Part shown: piece after piece, positions 27,654 through 40,022 of the stretch | Layout: every line of letters starts with the position of its first letter | Position numbering within the stretch: the stretch's first letter is position 1 | Notes under the pieces: generated by a model | Told to the model about the DNA's origin: nothing | What the model saw: the letters and a program-made list of their open reading frames with translations, nothing else | Databases searched by the model: none | Source: Paraphysomonas bandaiensis | Taxonomy: Eukaryota > Protista > Chrysophyceae | Assembly: GCA_965644295.1 (NCBI GenBank) | Contig: CBFFRP010000146.1 | Location: 248,001 to 312,000 of the forward strand | Direction of reading: 5' to 3' | Length of the DNA stretch: 64,000 nucleotides | Program-made: the position numbers and the translations under genes

Positions 27654-28102
27654 CCCTCAACAAAGTCGGACTCTCACCTCTTCGTGCTGTTCTGGGGTAT
27701 AATGTATAATTACCGGAGATATTTCTCTGGGAAACTAATGTGATCTTCATTTACACATCTAAAGTCAGTAGATATTGTTGTTCTGCCCACTCATTGCCTA
27801 ATACTTGTGTGTTACAAGGAACACTAATAAATGTCACTTGTGTAGACATCCGTAGGCCTTGACGAATATACAGGTATCCGGGAAAAGGCCCACCTCAAAG
27901 GCATCCGGGGTATTGGGTTGCCCGCTGAAGTCTCATCTTAAGGACAGAATAGATTGTACTTTGGTGCTTGCAGTGAAACACAAGCAGCTTTCGTAAAGCC
28001 AAATAGAGTAGGATATATCAGAATTAAGTACTAGTTACTTAAATTGTGTTGCTACATTAGTTCTGACTCTTACACGCCTATTGCTAATAATCAGACATTC
28101 AC
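27654..28102. mobile_element. Dispersed element, copy 2 (~450 bp; inverted relative to 3323-3812)
   Basis: Colinear reverse-complement similarity to copy 1; lacks the internal ~65-bp duplication present in copy 1. Confidence 0.8.
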
Positions 28103-29449
28103 ATCGTCATTTATTTCACGAGATTACATATATAGTCAGAGTATTTCCAATATTTCAGTTTAACTAATATATTATATATTTTTGAAAAATTCATATATGA
28201 TTCAGTTGTTGGCAGCTGCTTCTTCACTAACATTCATATATTCATATTTAATTCATTGAATAATTTACATTTCACTGAAGTTAACTTCGCTCTACAGGTA
28301 ATATTATGTTGAATACAAAATGCACTATAAGTAAGAAATTATATGTCTTAATCTACACACTTCGCAACATATTCATATAACATCTGGTGAACATCTGTTC
28401 TCAGTTCTTAGCAACATCTGTTTATCATATGTTTATCATATCAGTAACTTATATATACTTATATATAGTTACACACCAGTAACTAAATTTACTTCCTTTG
28501 TAACTATATTCACCTCTGTTGCACACTATTAACTCACTTCCATTGCACAATCTATAATATAGCATATCATACTACAGAACTCAATAATTCAAAGTCTTTA
28601 AACTTACCACAACATTTTACCTCAGTCATTGATATTATTGTTACGCAGCCATTGATATTTCATAGCTATTATTATTGAAAGGTTATATTTTACGGGGGCT
28701 ACTTGTAATATCATTAAACTGAAGAATAATTATATATATAGAAAAAATATGGAAAAAATCAAAATATTCAGTCAATCCTATTCGTTCAGTATGTATCAGG
28801 GGGCAATCAGGGCGTCCTATCACCTATCATCAATCATCAACAATACTATAGAAGCAAATATAACACGGCCATCAATACTATGCAGTGCATTGTAAGATAT
28901 TTGTATCATTGTATTATCAACCAGTAGTTAAATACATAAGTATATTATCCACGCTGCCAATAGTAGACTATGTATCACTATAATTTTTATTATCAAATTT
29001 GTGTGTTTTAAGCCATGTTATATTAGTTGAACAGCGTTATCATGCTACCTGGGGGGAGATTTATTATTCCGTGTGTGCGTAGTGCAGTTATATACGTAAC
29101 GTTTCGTATTTATGGTCTCGTATCTGGTAGCATATATTATAATATTTGTGTGATAATAGATAGTGAAATATAGAGGTAGAAAAACTAGCTATTTTCTCAA
29201 TAAGATACTGAGCTGAAAAAACGCATTAGTTCCGTTAGAATTTAATACTTATACTTCAATTAATTTTAATGCTTAGAACTTTAGTTGCTGGCAATATCCA
29301 CGGCTACTCGATATACTGCTGCACGGATAGCCCATTAGCCACAGCAATAACAGTAACTGCAAGTGTCATGAGGCAATGAGTGAAAATGTGATTGCCATAA
29401 GACAAATTGAGATTGGTCAATACACATAGAGCGACTTTCAATAATCAGT

Positions 29450-31758
29450 CTACTTCCCTTCATCCAAAGCGCTATCACCTCTGAAGGTAAATGCTTCAAA
29501 ATTGGGGTTCACTTCACCTTTCTTCTTCTCGACCACAGAGTCCCGTGCTTCCGCTTGTAAATATGTCTTAGGTACATACTTGGTGTCAAACTCGTTCACA
29601 ACATCTGGACGGAAAGGCGGCACAATCTCTCTGCGGTAAAGCGCCTCAAAGTCGATAGGCGCAAAAAAAGCAGTCTCCATAATATCACGTGCTCCTCTAG
29701 GACCTGACCCCAGACGATCTTGCTCAGATATATTGAGTAGCGAACGTATGCAGTCACAGGCCTCAGTTGAAAACTGAGGAGGAAAGCTGGGAGCTGTGTT
29801 GATGATGCGGTAAAACATGAGCTGATATAAACATAACATCAGTCAGTGGGTATGACAGCAGGTCTCAATACTACACCTTCCTATTCTTGTCATAAAACGG
29901 AGTACGGCCGTGCATCATCTCGAACAGAAGTATACCAAAGCTCCACCAGTCTACAGGGGCACCATATTTTTGTCCCTTCAGTAATTCAGGGGCAATATAC
30001 TCAGCAGTTCCACAGAATGTAGTGGCGCCCCCAGTCAGATCGATATTCTGTTTCGACAGACCAAAGTCAGTAAGGGCAATGTGCCCCACATTGTCCATAA
30101 GAACATTCTCTAGTTTTAGGTCCCTGTATATAGCGTCAGAAAACAATTCGAGAAGTCAAATAAGTTTACCTGTAAATTATATGCTGCTGGTGTAGGTGAT
30201 CCAATGCAGACAGCAGTTCTGCAGCATAAAATCTGGCCCTTTCCTCGGAGAATGCTCGGCTCTTCCGGAGGTGGTAAAATAAAGAGCCACCATTATAGTA
30301 ATCAGTCACTAGATAGAGCTTATCGTCACTCTGAAATGCAAATCGTAGACGCACAATATATGGGTGTCTTATCTCACACAAAATAGACCGCTCGCTTTTC
30401 GTATGCTCGATCTGACCTTTGGCAGATATTACGCTCTTCTTCAGAACCTTCATTGCGTAAATCTGCCCTGCACCTTTGTTGGCTTTCTTCCGCACAAGCA
30501 TCACCTTGCCAAATGCGCCCTTGCCAACGACCTTCAACAGGTCGAAGTCAGAGACAGCGAGAGACTCTTCCAGCTCAGACCCGATATTCATATCTGAGGC
30601 CGACGTGCGCTTTCCTGGCGGTGCCCGGGGAACTCCAACAGGTGTCTCCGGAGACGGAGCTGACGCAGGTTTTCGCCCAAGAAGACGAGAAAAAATTCCC
30701 ACCTTCGCTTGGCCCGCTTCTGCAGTCCCTGCGGATGGATCAGGGGTCGACGGAGCATCAGGGGCAGAAGTAATTTCTGCCTGGCTCGGATCTAGACCTT
30801 CACCAGAGGCCACAGCAGCACTGTATGACACCGCAAGGTTGCGTACGCTGCTGAATGCCATCTCCAGGTATTTGAAAGCAGGATCAAGGGCCATCGGAAT
30901 GCTGGTGGCCACATTCTGAATGGAATCGGGGTGCGCCCCAGGCGGCAGACCCAGGGAGAGGGTTACACAACCGAGTTTGTCCGCCCGATACTTGAGCCTA
31001 TATCCACGGGGGGCTGTACTTTGTTCCATATTTACAGCCATAGTTTTCAAAAACTTCTTGAAGTCCGCGGCATCGTCATCCTCAACTATAACGCTCGCTT
31101 CGATGGCACAGAAGGCGATTATCCTGTTTGTCTCCATCTCGTCTTCACGAGACCGTACCATCTGTCGGATGATAATGTCTTTGCACAAACTTGCGCCGTT
31201 GCCGTAACTCAGAAGAGCAATCTGCTCGATATGATCGGCTTTCGATATAATATTATTCCAAACAAACAGAGCATGCATCTCAGGTGACTCGGAACCATTA
31301 ATAGGGATCTTTTTCGGGGCTACAGTAGGGTTCTCCTGCACAGATACGCTGTTGGTATTCGCCCGCAAGACCATGACCGCATATCCAGCCTTCTGAGCAC
31401 GCTGAATATAAGGAAGCATAGAACCCTTAGATAGACCATGTTCCAAACATAAAGATCTACTGAATATACCCATCATTGATCCCACCGCATTCTGAACAAT
31501 TAATAATATTCTAGGGTTGGTTGACCAATCAGATGTCGCCAATATCGATGTCGATATCTCAGCTTCATCATCTGGAATAGCAATCTTCTCAAATCCCATA
31601 TCATGAATCATTTTAGCTTGTACATATCTAGCGATTTCAGTAAGTACTTCAAGTTCATCGGACATGGTTTGTTCTGGTGCTTGTGCGCGACGCACAACAC
31701 GCTCATCGTCCATTAATACATAATTAGGATGGTTAAACACTGCTGGACTATCCGACAT
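29450..31758 (-). CDS. Arb2/FAM172-like domain fused to an AGC kinase (Akt/SGK/S6K-like)
   Basis: N-terminal RILLIVQ...[38 protein letters not shown]...SPEMH...VW. Kinase [39 protein letters not shown]; hydrophobic motif FEAFTF. 3 exons. Confidence 0.88.
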
Positions 31759-32324
31759 GAGGATCTAGAGACAGTGTTATAGGGGGTTACTATAGGAATT
31801 AATATAAGGGGGGGGGTGGAGGTGTGTATGTATGTGATGATAGCTTGTAAATTAAATATTCAGTTGTACGATACCACAGATACTGTATAGGTATACTGCT
31901 GTATGCTGTATGCTGTATGCTGGTATAGGTACACACATACACATACACATCCACTGCTGTGTACCTCCAACATATATATGAATGTGTGTGTAGAAGATAC
32001 CCACAATACATACAGAGTATACAAACACCTTCTGCACCAGATCTGTGATGTACAACAGAACAGTATTCTACACAGAGTACAGCTGTATATGGGGATAGAG
32101 CTTAAAACCATACTTTTCTATAGATCCAATTGTCTACTTTACTGCATAAAACCACCGTTTTCCTCTATCAAAACCCTTGTACGAAATTCCTGACTACTGT
32201 TGTACCATTACATGCATAGACATGATTATAGCTATAGCTATAGTGCTTCCTTGTCTCATTAGGGACTCGCTTGAAAGCATCATTCTTATTTAAATTCACC
32301 TGCGAATTTACGCATCATATTCAC

Positions 32325-33075
32325 ATGGAGAGTGATAAGAATATTGATGAAAGTGATGATGTTCCTATATTACCAGGCCATCAAATTGAACGAGATATTT
32401 CTCATTACTCTCAGCCTATAGATGGTCCTAATAGTAGTGATGATGAAGATGGAGAGGCTGAAGGATTTGAAGATGATGAGAGTGTTGATCCAGATCAGCT
32501 GATGCCCTATGAAATAGTCGGAAACGGGCTCACAGGCGATGACGATTCGGACACTGAATATGGCGAATTTTCTAATTGCACAGATAGACATGAAGTATAC
32601 AACGGAATTGAAGAAGTAAAATCGACGTGTAGTTATAGCGGTGAAGTTGCTGAAGAAAATGGAAATGTTGTGCTTGTGTCAAGTGACAGTGAAAGTGAGA
32701 CAGGTACCCTTCCTCCAGTGCCCCCTAGGAATCCAATTCGCTCTATTCCACCATTGTCCGAAGGTATAATTTCTCCTCAATAAATCTGTGTATAATAATA
32801 TTTTAAAGAAAAAATTGCATCTATTAAGCGGTCTATGCTTGCATTGAATCTACGTCCTAATGCGGGTGCCGGTAAATATTAATATTTTTGGCACCTTATA
32901 CATGCTTGACTATCGTTGAACAGAGAGTATAGCGTCCATGGTTATTTCCGCTCGCCCTCGCCTTGGTGATGAGTTACAGCCAAGCACGGAGTCATGTGAT
33001 GACAAAGATCCCAATCAAAGTACCAATGTACAGTCAGAATCCGGTGAAGTCAGTGGTACTGTTGATGAAAGCTAA
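32325..33075 (+). CDS. Acidic disordered protein, possibly MEA1-like
   Basis: D/E-rich ORF; spliced continuation IPPLSE|EKIASIKRSMLALNL resembles the short conserved MEA1 helix. Family call is tentative. Confidence 0.5.
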
Positions 33076-33625
33076 GTGGTCAAGATTTATTTTGGTGTAG
33101 ATTGTAGATAGTACATATTAATCAATACAAATTGATTAACAACCTTGAATTCTGTCTTGACTGTGGTGTATGGGCTACACTAATCGTTTGGATACTCTTA
33201 GAAGTAGCATTTCGTTTTAAATACTATTCCAACTACGGTTACTATAAGCATACATTTTTTACGCAACAGATTCTAGAATTATTAGTCCTGCACAGATATG
33301 CTGCTCCCATGGTGTATTAATTTGAAGTAGTAGATACAAATACTCTGTGTTGCACATCCAAGAGTCATATAGTCATATATTTTATATATGATTATACTAG
33401 TGAGATAGAAGATAAAGAACGGCAATTGAACAGAATACACGCGTGAATTATGTTTTCCTGACAAGGAGATTGTACACTCTGTATATAATTCATTGAAACA
33501 CTACAACTGCTGCCAGTTATACAACATCGCCTTTTATTAATATTCCTTCGCTATGCTATCTACAATCTACAATATATAAGCCACATATTAAATATCCCAA
33601 CTGACTAACATATTAAACGTGCTCC

Positions 33626-33678
33626 CATCGCGATATTATCAGAGGCAAATATGTGCCACGTCATTCATACCCGCAATG
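33626..33678 (-). promoter_or_regulatory. Candidate atypical SECIS-like hairpin in 3' UTR
   Basis: mRNA sense CAUUGCGGGUAU-GA-AUGAC-GUGGCA-CAUAUU-UGCCUC-UGAU-A-AUAUCGCGAUG: ~11-bp lower helix, AUGA/GA core, short upper helix; starts 11 nt after the UAG of the UGA-containing ORF. Confidence 0.5.
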
Positions 33679-33689
33679 TGTAGCTTGTA

Positions 33690-34175
33690 CTACAACAAGT
33701 AATCCGGTATATCAATAGATAATTTAGACAAAGCTTCCCGCATAACATCCCGCACCTCGTTCAAGTGATCAGCTCCAAGAATTTGAGATGTGGCCGAAAT
33801 TACATTTTCACCTTCGGAATCGATAATCCGAAGGTATCCCCATCAGGAGTGGCTCAATCCCGCACCCCACTTAATCATTGCTTGATTACGACTGGGGTCT
33901 CTCCGATCCCATGTATTAAACGCGCAAGGAATAAACAATTCTTCAGCAGCTCGTTTAATTCCCGGATCACAAAAGATTGATCCCGCTCGCTTACATCCCT
34001 GTCATCCACTCCACTCCACGAAATTCGCGAATATTGGTTTCCCCTGTCGCCTGGCTTCCTCCACAGCTACCTCATAACTACCGTGCTTTAAGTCATCAGA
34101 AAGGTTAATATAATTGATTGTCCCTAATTCAACATATTTCGTTGTCATTTTCTTTTTCGTGTTTCTTTGACCCAT
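33690..34175 (-). CDS. Thioredoxin-fold selenoprotein candidate (UxxC), 161 aa, two in-frame TGA
   Basis: Manual translation MGQRNTKKKMTTKYVELGTINY...AVEEARRQGKPIFANFVEWSG-U-QG-C-KRAG...AAEELFIPCAFNTWD...LSHS-U-WGYLRIIDSEG...LSIDIPDYLL-TAG. TGA at 34002-34004 (codon 58) and 33843-33845 (codon 111). Confidence 0.8.
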
Positions 34176-34258
34176 CAGTGAAGACTTTCACAGCGCTTTA
34201 AGTTAGTCTTAACCCAAATCTACAAGAACAACAACTAGATCTTGAAGCAACAGCAAAA

Positions 34259-34494
34259 TACATACATACATACATACATACATACATACATACATACATA
34301 CATACATACATACATACATACATACATACATACATACATACATACATACATACATACATACATACATACATACATACATACATACATACATACATACATA
34401 CATACATACATACATACATACATACATACATACATACATACATACATACATACATACATACATACATACATACATACATACATACATACATACA
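34259..34494. repeat. (TACA)n microsatellite
   Basis: Perfect array between the divergent genes starting at 34175 (-) and 34546 (+). Confidence 0.98.
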
Positions 34495-34545
34495 CTGCCT
34501 CATATCTAGTTGCAGATTTGGGAGTTTGAGTCGTGTAGGTACATT

Positions 34546-37057
34546 ATGTCAACTCGAAGAAGAACTGCGCCTGACTCAGATGATGACTCGGATGATGAAT
34601 CATCTGTGGACTCAGTGTTATCTGCTGATATGTTGCTCCCAGCCTCTGCAGGTGACTCTGTTGAGGTGTTGTCTGACTCTCACTTCCCTTCTATTGGAGA
34701 ACAAATAGCAGAACTAGAAAGAGAATGTATGGATGCTTTAGAGAGGAAAAGAGCGGAGTGGAAGAAAGTCAATTCACCTGTATTGAAGGGTCTGATTGAG
34801 TCGACTGAGAGACAGATATCAGCACTGCAGCAGCGCATAGAGGAGTCCACTGCATCTGGACTGCCAACAAGTAGTCTTGAACGACAGTTAGATGAACTTC
34901 TCGAGAAACAAGACACTGCCAAACGAGACTTGTACTTTCCTCATAGTCTTCATAAATTCGGAAATGAAGGAATATATTTTGCCTTTGATGACATCTGGTT
35001 AGAGAACATATCCAGTAAACTAGAAGTCGAACTACTGCCTGCAATGGGTTCAGAATGTGGGACTGTAGTGTTCCTTTTGTCAGGTACTGTACTGAGCAAT
35101 CGTATAATCTGTGTCTTATCATTGCATGTTGACTGTAGGATTGAATTATACAGATCCTGGCGTAACTGCGAAACTACATTTCGGTTAGTTTTAAGTTTTT
35201 CGTATCGTTTGTTAATTTTTTACAGGGGATTTCAAGCTGGCCGGTGACAGTATGACTATACCATCGATATCCCTAGATGATGTTGTTGTTGAAATAGTTT
35301 TCACTGTGTCCATAGTGCTGTACTATGATATTGAAGAAAAGAAGTGGCGTTCATCGGCGGACGATTTTTCAATTAAGCTGATTGAGTTCACTGGGCCTTT
35401 CGGTTTAAGCCGTTCTATTGTATCGACACTCTTGGGTATCATGACGCCACTCATGCGTGCCAGAATTCTAAAAGATCTTCCTATTGAGCTCGGTGCCTTC
35501 GTAAGCACTCTTCCTGTTCCTTTTAAAATTAGTGGTAGCTTCAGTATTGATGGTGCTCAAACGTTGGATTCGATGTCAAGTCGTATGTTTATGTCGCCTA
35601 GGATCTGTAAGATGATAGGATGTACTCCCCGTCAGATGTTAAACTTTATTGGTCTTCAAAAGAGTTTAGGCCGTGACCCTCTTATCCATTCCATGCATGA
35701 TATGGTGCGGTACAAGCGCCGCTACGAATTCCACGAACATTGGAAAGATATCAAACTACTGTGGGAGGAGGCGGCCATGGTATACTTCTCAATGGTGGCA
35801 AAAAAACGCAATGGACCATTATCCGCGTCACGCGGTGGAGACCAACAAGATTGCGTAGAATTCCTGTCGTTTGACTTACTTCTTTCAGGCGCTGCAAAGG
35901 TTATGCAAAACTATATCACTTTCCGTATAGATTTGGATAATGTAGAGGGCCAAATTGGTATTGGAAATGTTGTTGGGACCATTCGTGATTACCTTATACG
36001 ACGAGTAGAAGAGATATCTACGAGTTCTAGTGCTGAGGTTAGTCGAGCTGAGAAGAAAGTCTTGAAAAGCATGAGCACTCGACTGAACAAAATCACTGAT
36101 ATGTTTAACTTGGTTTTGAAAAATTTAGATTTTTTACAATGTAAATTTGGCGTTAGGGCTGTATCTGGAGAATCTGCGAAATTGAATATTACATTGGAGG
36201 ATGTGACAGGACAAGCGGCATTAGCTCTCTGGAATCCCATTCCTACTTCTCAAGTTATTGGAATTGATTTTATAGTTCCATTTTTGTTTAACCTAGAATC
36301 TTGGAGTAGTGGTTTATTGAATGTGAAAATGTACCATCTTGGATGCCTTGAAATGTTGCAGAGTTGTAATTTTGAACGGTATATAGATCGATCTAAGACT
36401 AGTGATTCTGAGCATGCGAGTGATTCTTGTGGCAAGTTCATCGCATCAGAGCTGATGTCGATTGATATTATGCGACCAGTGTTTACCTTGGTAGCAGAAA
36501 AAGCTGTTACTTTTGAACCTGGAGAAGCTTTGATGACTTTGCAAGTGGGTCCTGTCGATAGTCACTGGACTCCCCAAGGATGTAAGTCGACTGATCGTAG
36601 TTATCTTGCTGATATCAAGCCAATAAAAGAGTGCCCACTTTTGGCACAGACATCGAATAACGTTAAAGTCCAGGCTAAAATACCTACTGTTGATGCATCC
36701 ATCGATATGATTGCTTTTACTCAGTTTTTGAATGATCATTTCAACTACGTGGACGATCTCCTAGATGTCATAACGTGGATTAGATCAAATACCAAAGAAC
36801 GCAATGTGAAGTATATCGATTTCGCCAAAATCGTGTTGTCAATGATCAGTAAATATATACGTGAACCCGGCGTGGAATTGTGGCTGAAGCTTTCAACCCG
36901 TGTAGTTGCTAGTCCGCGTGATGTGATTGTATGCATAGAAAACCAGAACCATAACCAAAGCAGTGCCCTGAAGTTGTGTGCCACTTTTAAAATTGATGAA
37001 CTCTTAGAAGACATGGAAATACTGAGGAAGTCATTTTGTTTTTTATTTAATGAGTGA
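34546..37057 (+). CDS. Large hypothetical protein (acidic N-terminus, coiled coil, beta-rich domains)
   Basis: Long ORFs 34546-35083 and ~35226-37057 joined by short introns; possible small terminal exon to ~37104. No confident family. Confidence 0.7.
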
Positions 37058-37551
37058 CGATGTCGTTTTTATCCAGAAGGTATACCGCTGCTACTATCTA
37101 TTAGCAATGGAATGGATATGTGCAGTATATAATTTATAAACAATAATGTCTATATATTTCAATGCTTCCTTTCGCCTACTACCACTCTCCACGCTCTATC
37201 GGCTCACGTTAGTTTCCTGGTACTCATCCCCCAAAACACGACGAAAATGTACTTTGTTGAGGGTTGAGGGATATATACATATATACTATAATATTCAATC
37301 AAGAAATGGAGTGATATATCCTACTTTCCGAAATATAATGTCAGAATATACAATAACAACTAGGTTTCAAAATAATCTCAAGTATAGTAAGGAATATGTT
37401 CCATATTATGAGGCTTTTTAAGTCAAATATATAGACATATATGTAATGCTAGCAATATCTGTTATTGTTCTCTAGTAGTTTACTTATTACTTACACATTC
37501 CACACGAGTACTTTAAATGTAATGCATTATTAAGAAAAAGTGAGCTATCTA

Positions 37552-39758
37552 TCAATGTTTCGACTTTTTGCTTCTATGAAGTGGTATATTGCTATCATCT
37601 TGAGAAGTGAATGTCCGTTTCTTTTTCCCTGACTCTGCAGCTGATCGTTTTACATCATCTCGGACATTACCTTTCTTCGATTTCACTTTCGATACCTTGG
37701 TATCTTTGTCACGAGACGTAGTTGTTTTGTCTTTCGCACAACGACGGACTCCAACTTCAAGCAAGCCTTCAGTCAACAGAGCCAAAAGACATCCCAATAT
37801 CTGCATTAGAAAGTGTAAAATGTCAACGAATGACGTAATGCGTCAGCTAACCTCCTCTTCTTCAAAAACTTCGCTCCCTTCATGCATGAACTTTTTAAAA
37901 GACAAGAAACCTCTGTTTTTCTTACTGACGTCTTCTTCAGTCTGGTAAGGTCGTTGCAGTCGTATTAATAAGGTGTGCATGTGTTCAGGTAGCGACACAC
38001 GAACCCAGTCGTCCATATTTCCGTCATCATCGGAGTCGTCGTCACTTTGACTTAGTTCATCCTCTGACGGTTCAGATTCCGACTCTGGGGGAGTGTCTGG
38101 AGATTCTGGTTCCGAATCATAGGCTACAAGAAGAGGTGCTTCATCACTATCACTTCCACTACTGCTCACTGAATTGGTTTTATTAGGGCGTAGTAATTCA
38201 TATACCACAGCATGACTTACTCTCATCTTTAGACTTAGGAGGTATACTGTCTGGATCAGGTAGTGGAGGATGGCCCATATGCCGAAGTCTGTCGTTCTGC
38301 ATTCCTGATCCAATTAGGACCATCACTTCACCATCACATTCCTCTAGGCGTATATGAGTCCACTTCGGATCGCAAATGCGAATCACACACTCCTTGTTCT
38401 TTTTGCTATCCAGGGCCTGCAGAAAATCCAGTAGGTCATCCTCGGACTGGATATGTTGAAGTTCAGAGGCATCACATACTGTCACCGAATCAGCACTAGC
38501 AGGGGAAATTTCATCGCTGTCTTCAGCCTCTGGCTCCGGTAATGGCAACCGACTAATACAAAAATCATCGCCGTACATGTCAGCTGCATCGTCGACGTCC
38601 TCCATTGTGACATAGTCCGCCAAGGAACTGACGACCTCCTTAACTTCACTAAGAAACCTATTGCGCCATCGTTTAACATCGACCTTGACACCGTTGCTAG
38701 TTTTCGCGTCATCTGCGTGACAAAATGGGATAGTTGGCATGTGAAGAGTTTGTTGTACGCCCCTGGAGGATGCGTCCGCCAAGACCGCGGATGCATGTGA
38801 GCCGAGTAGTTGGGACATCTGGAGCGGTAACCCCGCCCTTATAGCCGGCACTCCGTTTGTCGTGCTCCCACTTGTTGCATTAGAACTAGCTTCGAATAGC
38901 CGCTGAAGGACCGCTGGAAGAAGCTTCTCTACAAGACCCTTAGTGTTGTATTTTTGGTAGGCTGATACTGTGACGTGGGTGGAGAAAGAATCCATGGCGA
39001 TAGCCTCATGAATGGTACCCCTGGGAAGGTATAACACATCTCCAGGGTTTAGAATAACCTCTACAGGTGGATCAGTCAATTCTTCCCGAGAAATGTCGTG
39101 CGAGCAGGAGTCAGGGAGCCTTGAAAACCCCTCCCAAAGGTGCCACTTCTTGGTACCCTCAGTCTGAATCACGAAAACTTCCACATCGTCCCAGTGTGGA
39201 GCTAATCCCTGTGAAAGCGCAGGTGTTAGGTAAGCCGAACTGGAAGCCAATGTTCCAAAAGTATGTTCGAATCCTGCACAAATATTATGTAGCCCGTCGC
39301 TGAATCGTTGAGGAAGGAAGAACTGAATGGTATTACCACTCTTAAACAACTTCCGAATGGCATTACGAGTTGCCAATTCAGTAGGTGGATACTCAGTCGT
39401 TACACGCTTTCCATCTGTATACTTAACCACTACAGTATAGTAATAGTATAAGACATATATCGATATGAGTATACTGTAAGCTACCATTCATATTGTTCAT
39501 ATACGGGACCGCCATACACTCACAGAGCTCTGATAGGGCTGACTTAGAGAAGATAACATCCAGTCTACCCTCTGCATTCATACCATTACGGAAGATTACA
39601 GGTTGTTTTTCCCAATAAGATGAAAGGAGTGTGTGTAGTTGATGACATAATAGATGAGGGAGGAGTTCACTGTAGTGACCCTCTATACACATGTCATACA
39701 GACACTCTTCCCATTCATTGGGATCTAATGAGGTCTTGATTTCTATTAGATCGAGCAT
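37552..39758 (-). CDS. JmjC ribosomal oxygenase, NO66/MINA (RIOX)-like
   Basis: YWEKQP; SAYLTPALSQGLAPHWDDVEVFVIQTEGTKKWHLW; LNPGDVLYLPRGTIHEA (HxD...H triad); acidic and basic C-terminal exons. Confidence 0.9.
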
Positions 39759-39883
39759 GGATAGATAGAGGGGATTATGAAGGTCTTAATAGACTCGTGT
39801 GTGTCTCTCTATGTATATATATGTATATGTACAGAGGACTCACTCAGCTCAAGTCCACAGCCATTAACTATGTGTACCATATC

Positions 39884-40022
39884 GGCATCCTATGTATATT
39901 TTTGTTCCAAAATGCCTCATATATTGAGATAATAATTATGTGTATTCCAGCCGTACCTCTAGTGCATAAATATAGATAAATTTTGATTCAATTTATTTCC
40001 GAAAAATAAGATGCTGATTGCC
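39884..40022 (+). repeat. ~140-bp dispersed repeat (MITE-like), copy 2
   Basis: Homologous to copies 1 and 3; ends TATCGGCA...TGCCTATA form a short imperfect inverted repeat. Confidence 0.85.

Noticed and set aside
33690-34175. UGA=Trp alternative genetic code as the explanation for the in-frame TGAs
   Set aside because: Neighbouring genes end in TGA (e.g. 12462, 20493, 50480) and use TGG for conserved Trp, so the standard code applies.
39255-39285. GTTCGAATCC resembling a tRNA T-loop
   Set aside because: It lies inside the JmjC coding exon with no cloverleaf around it.
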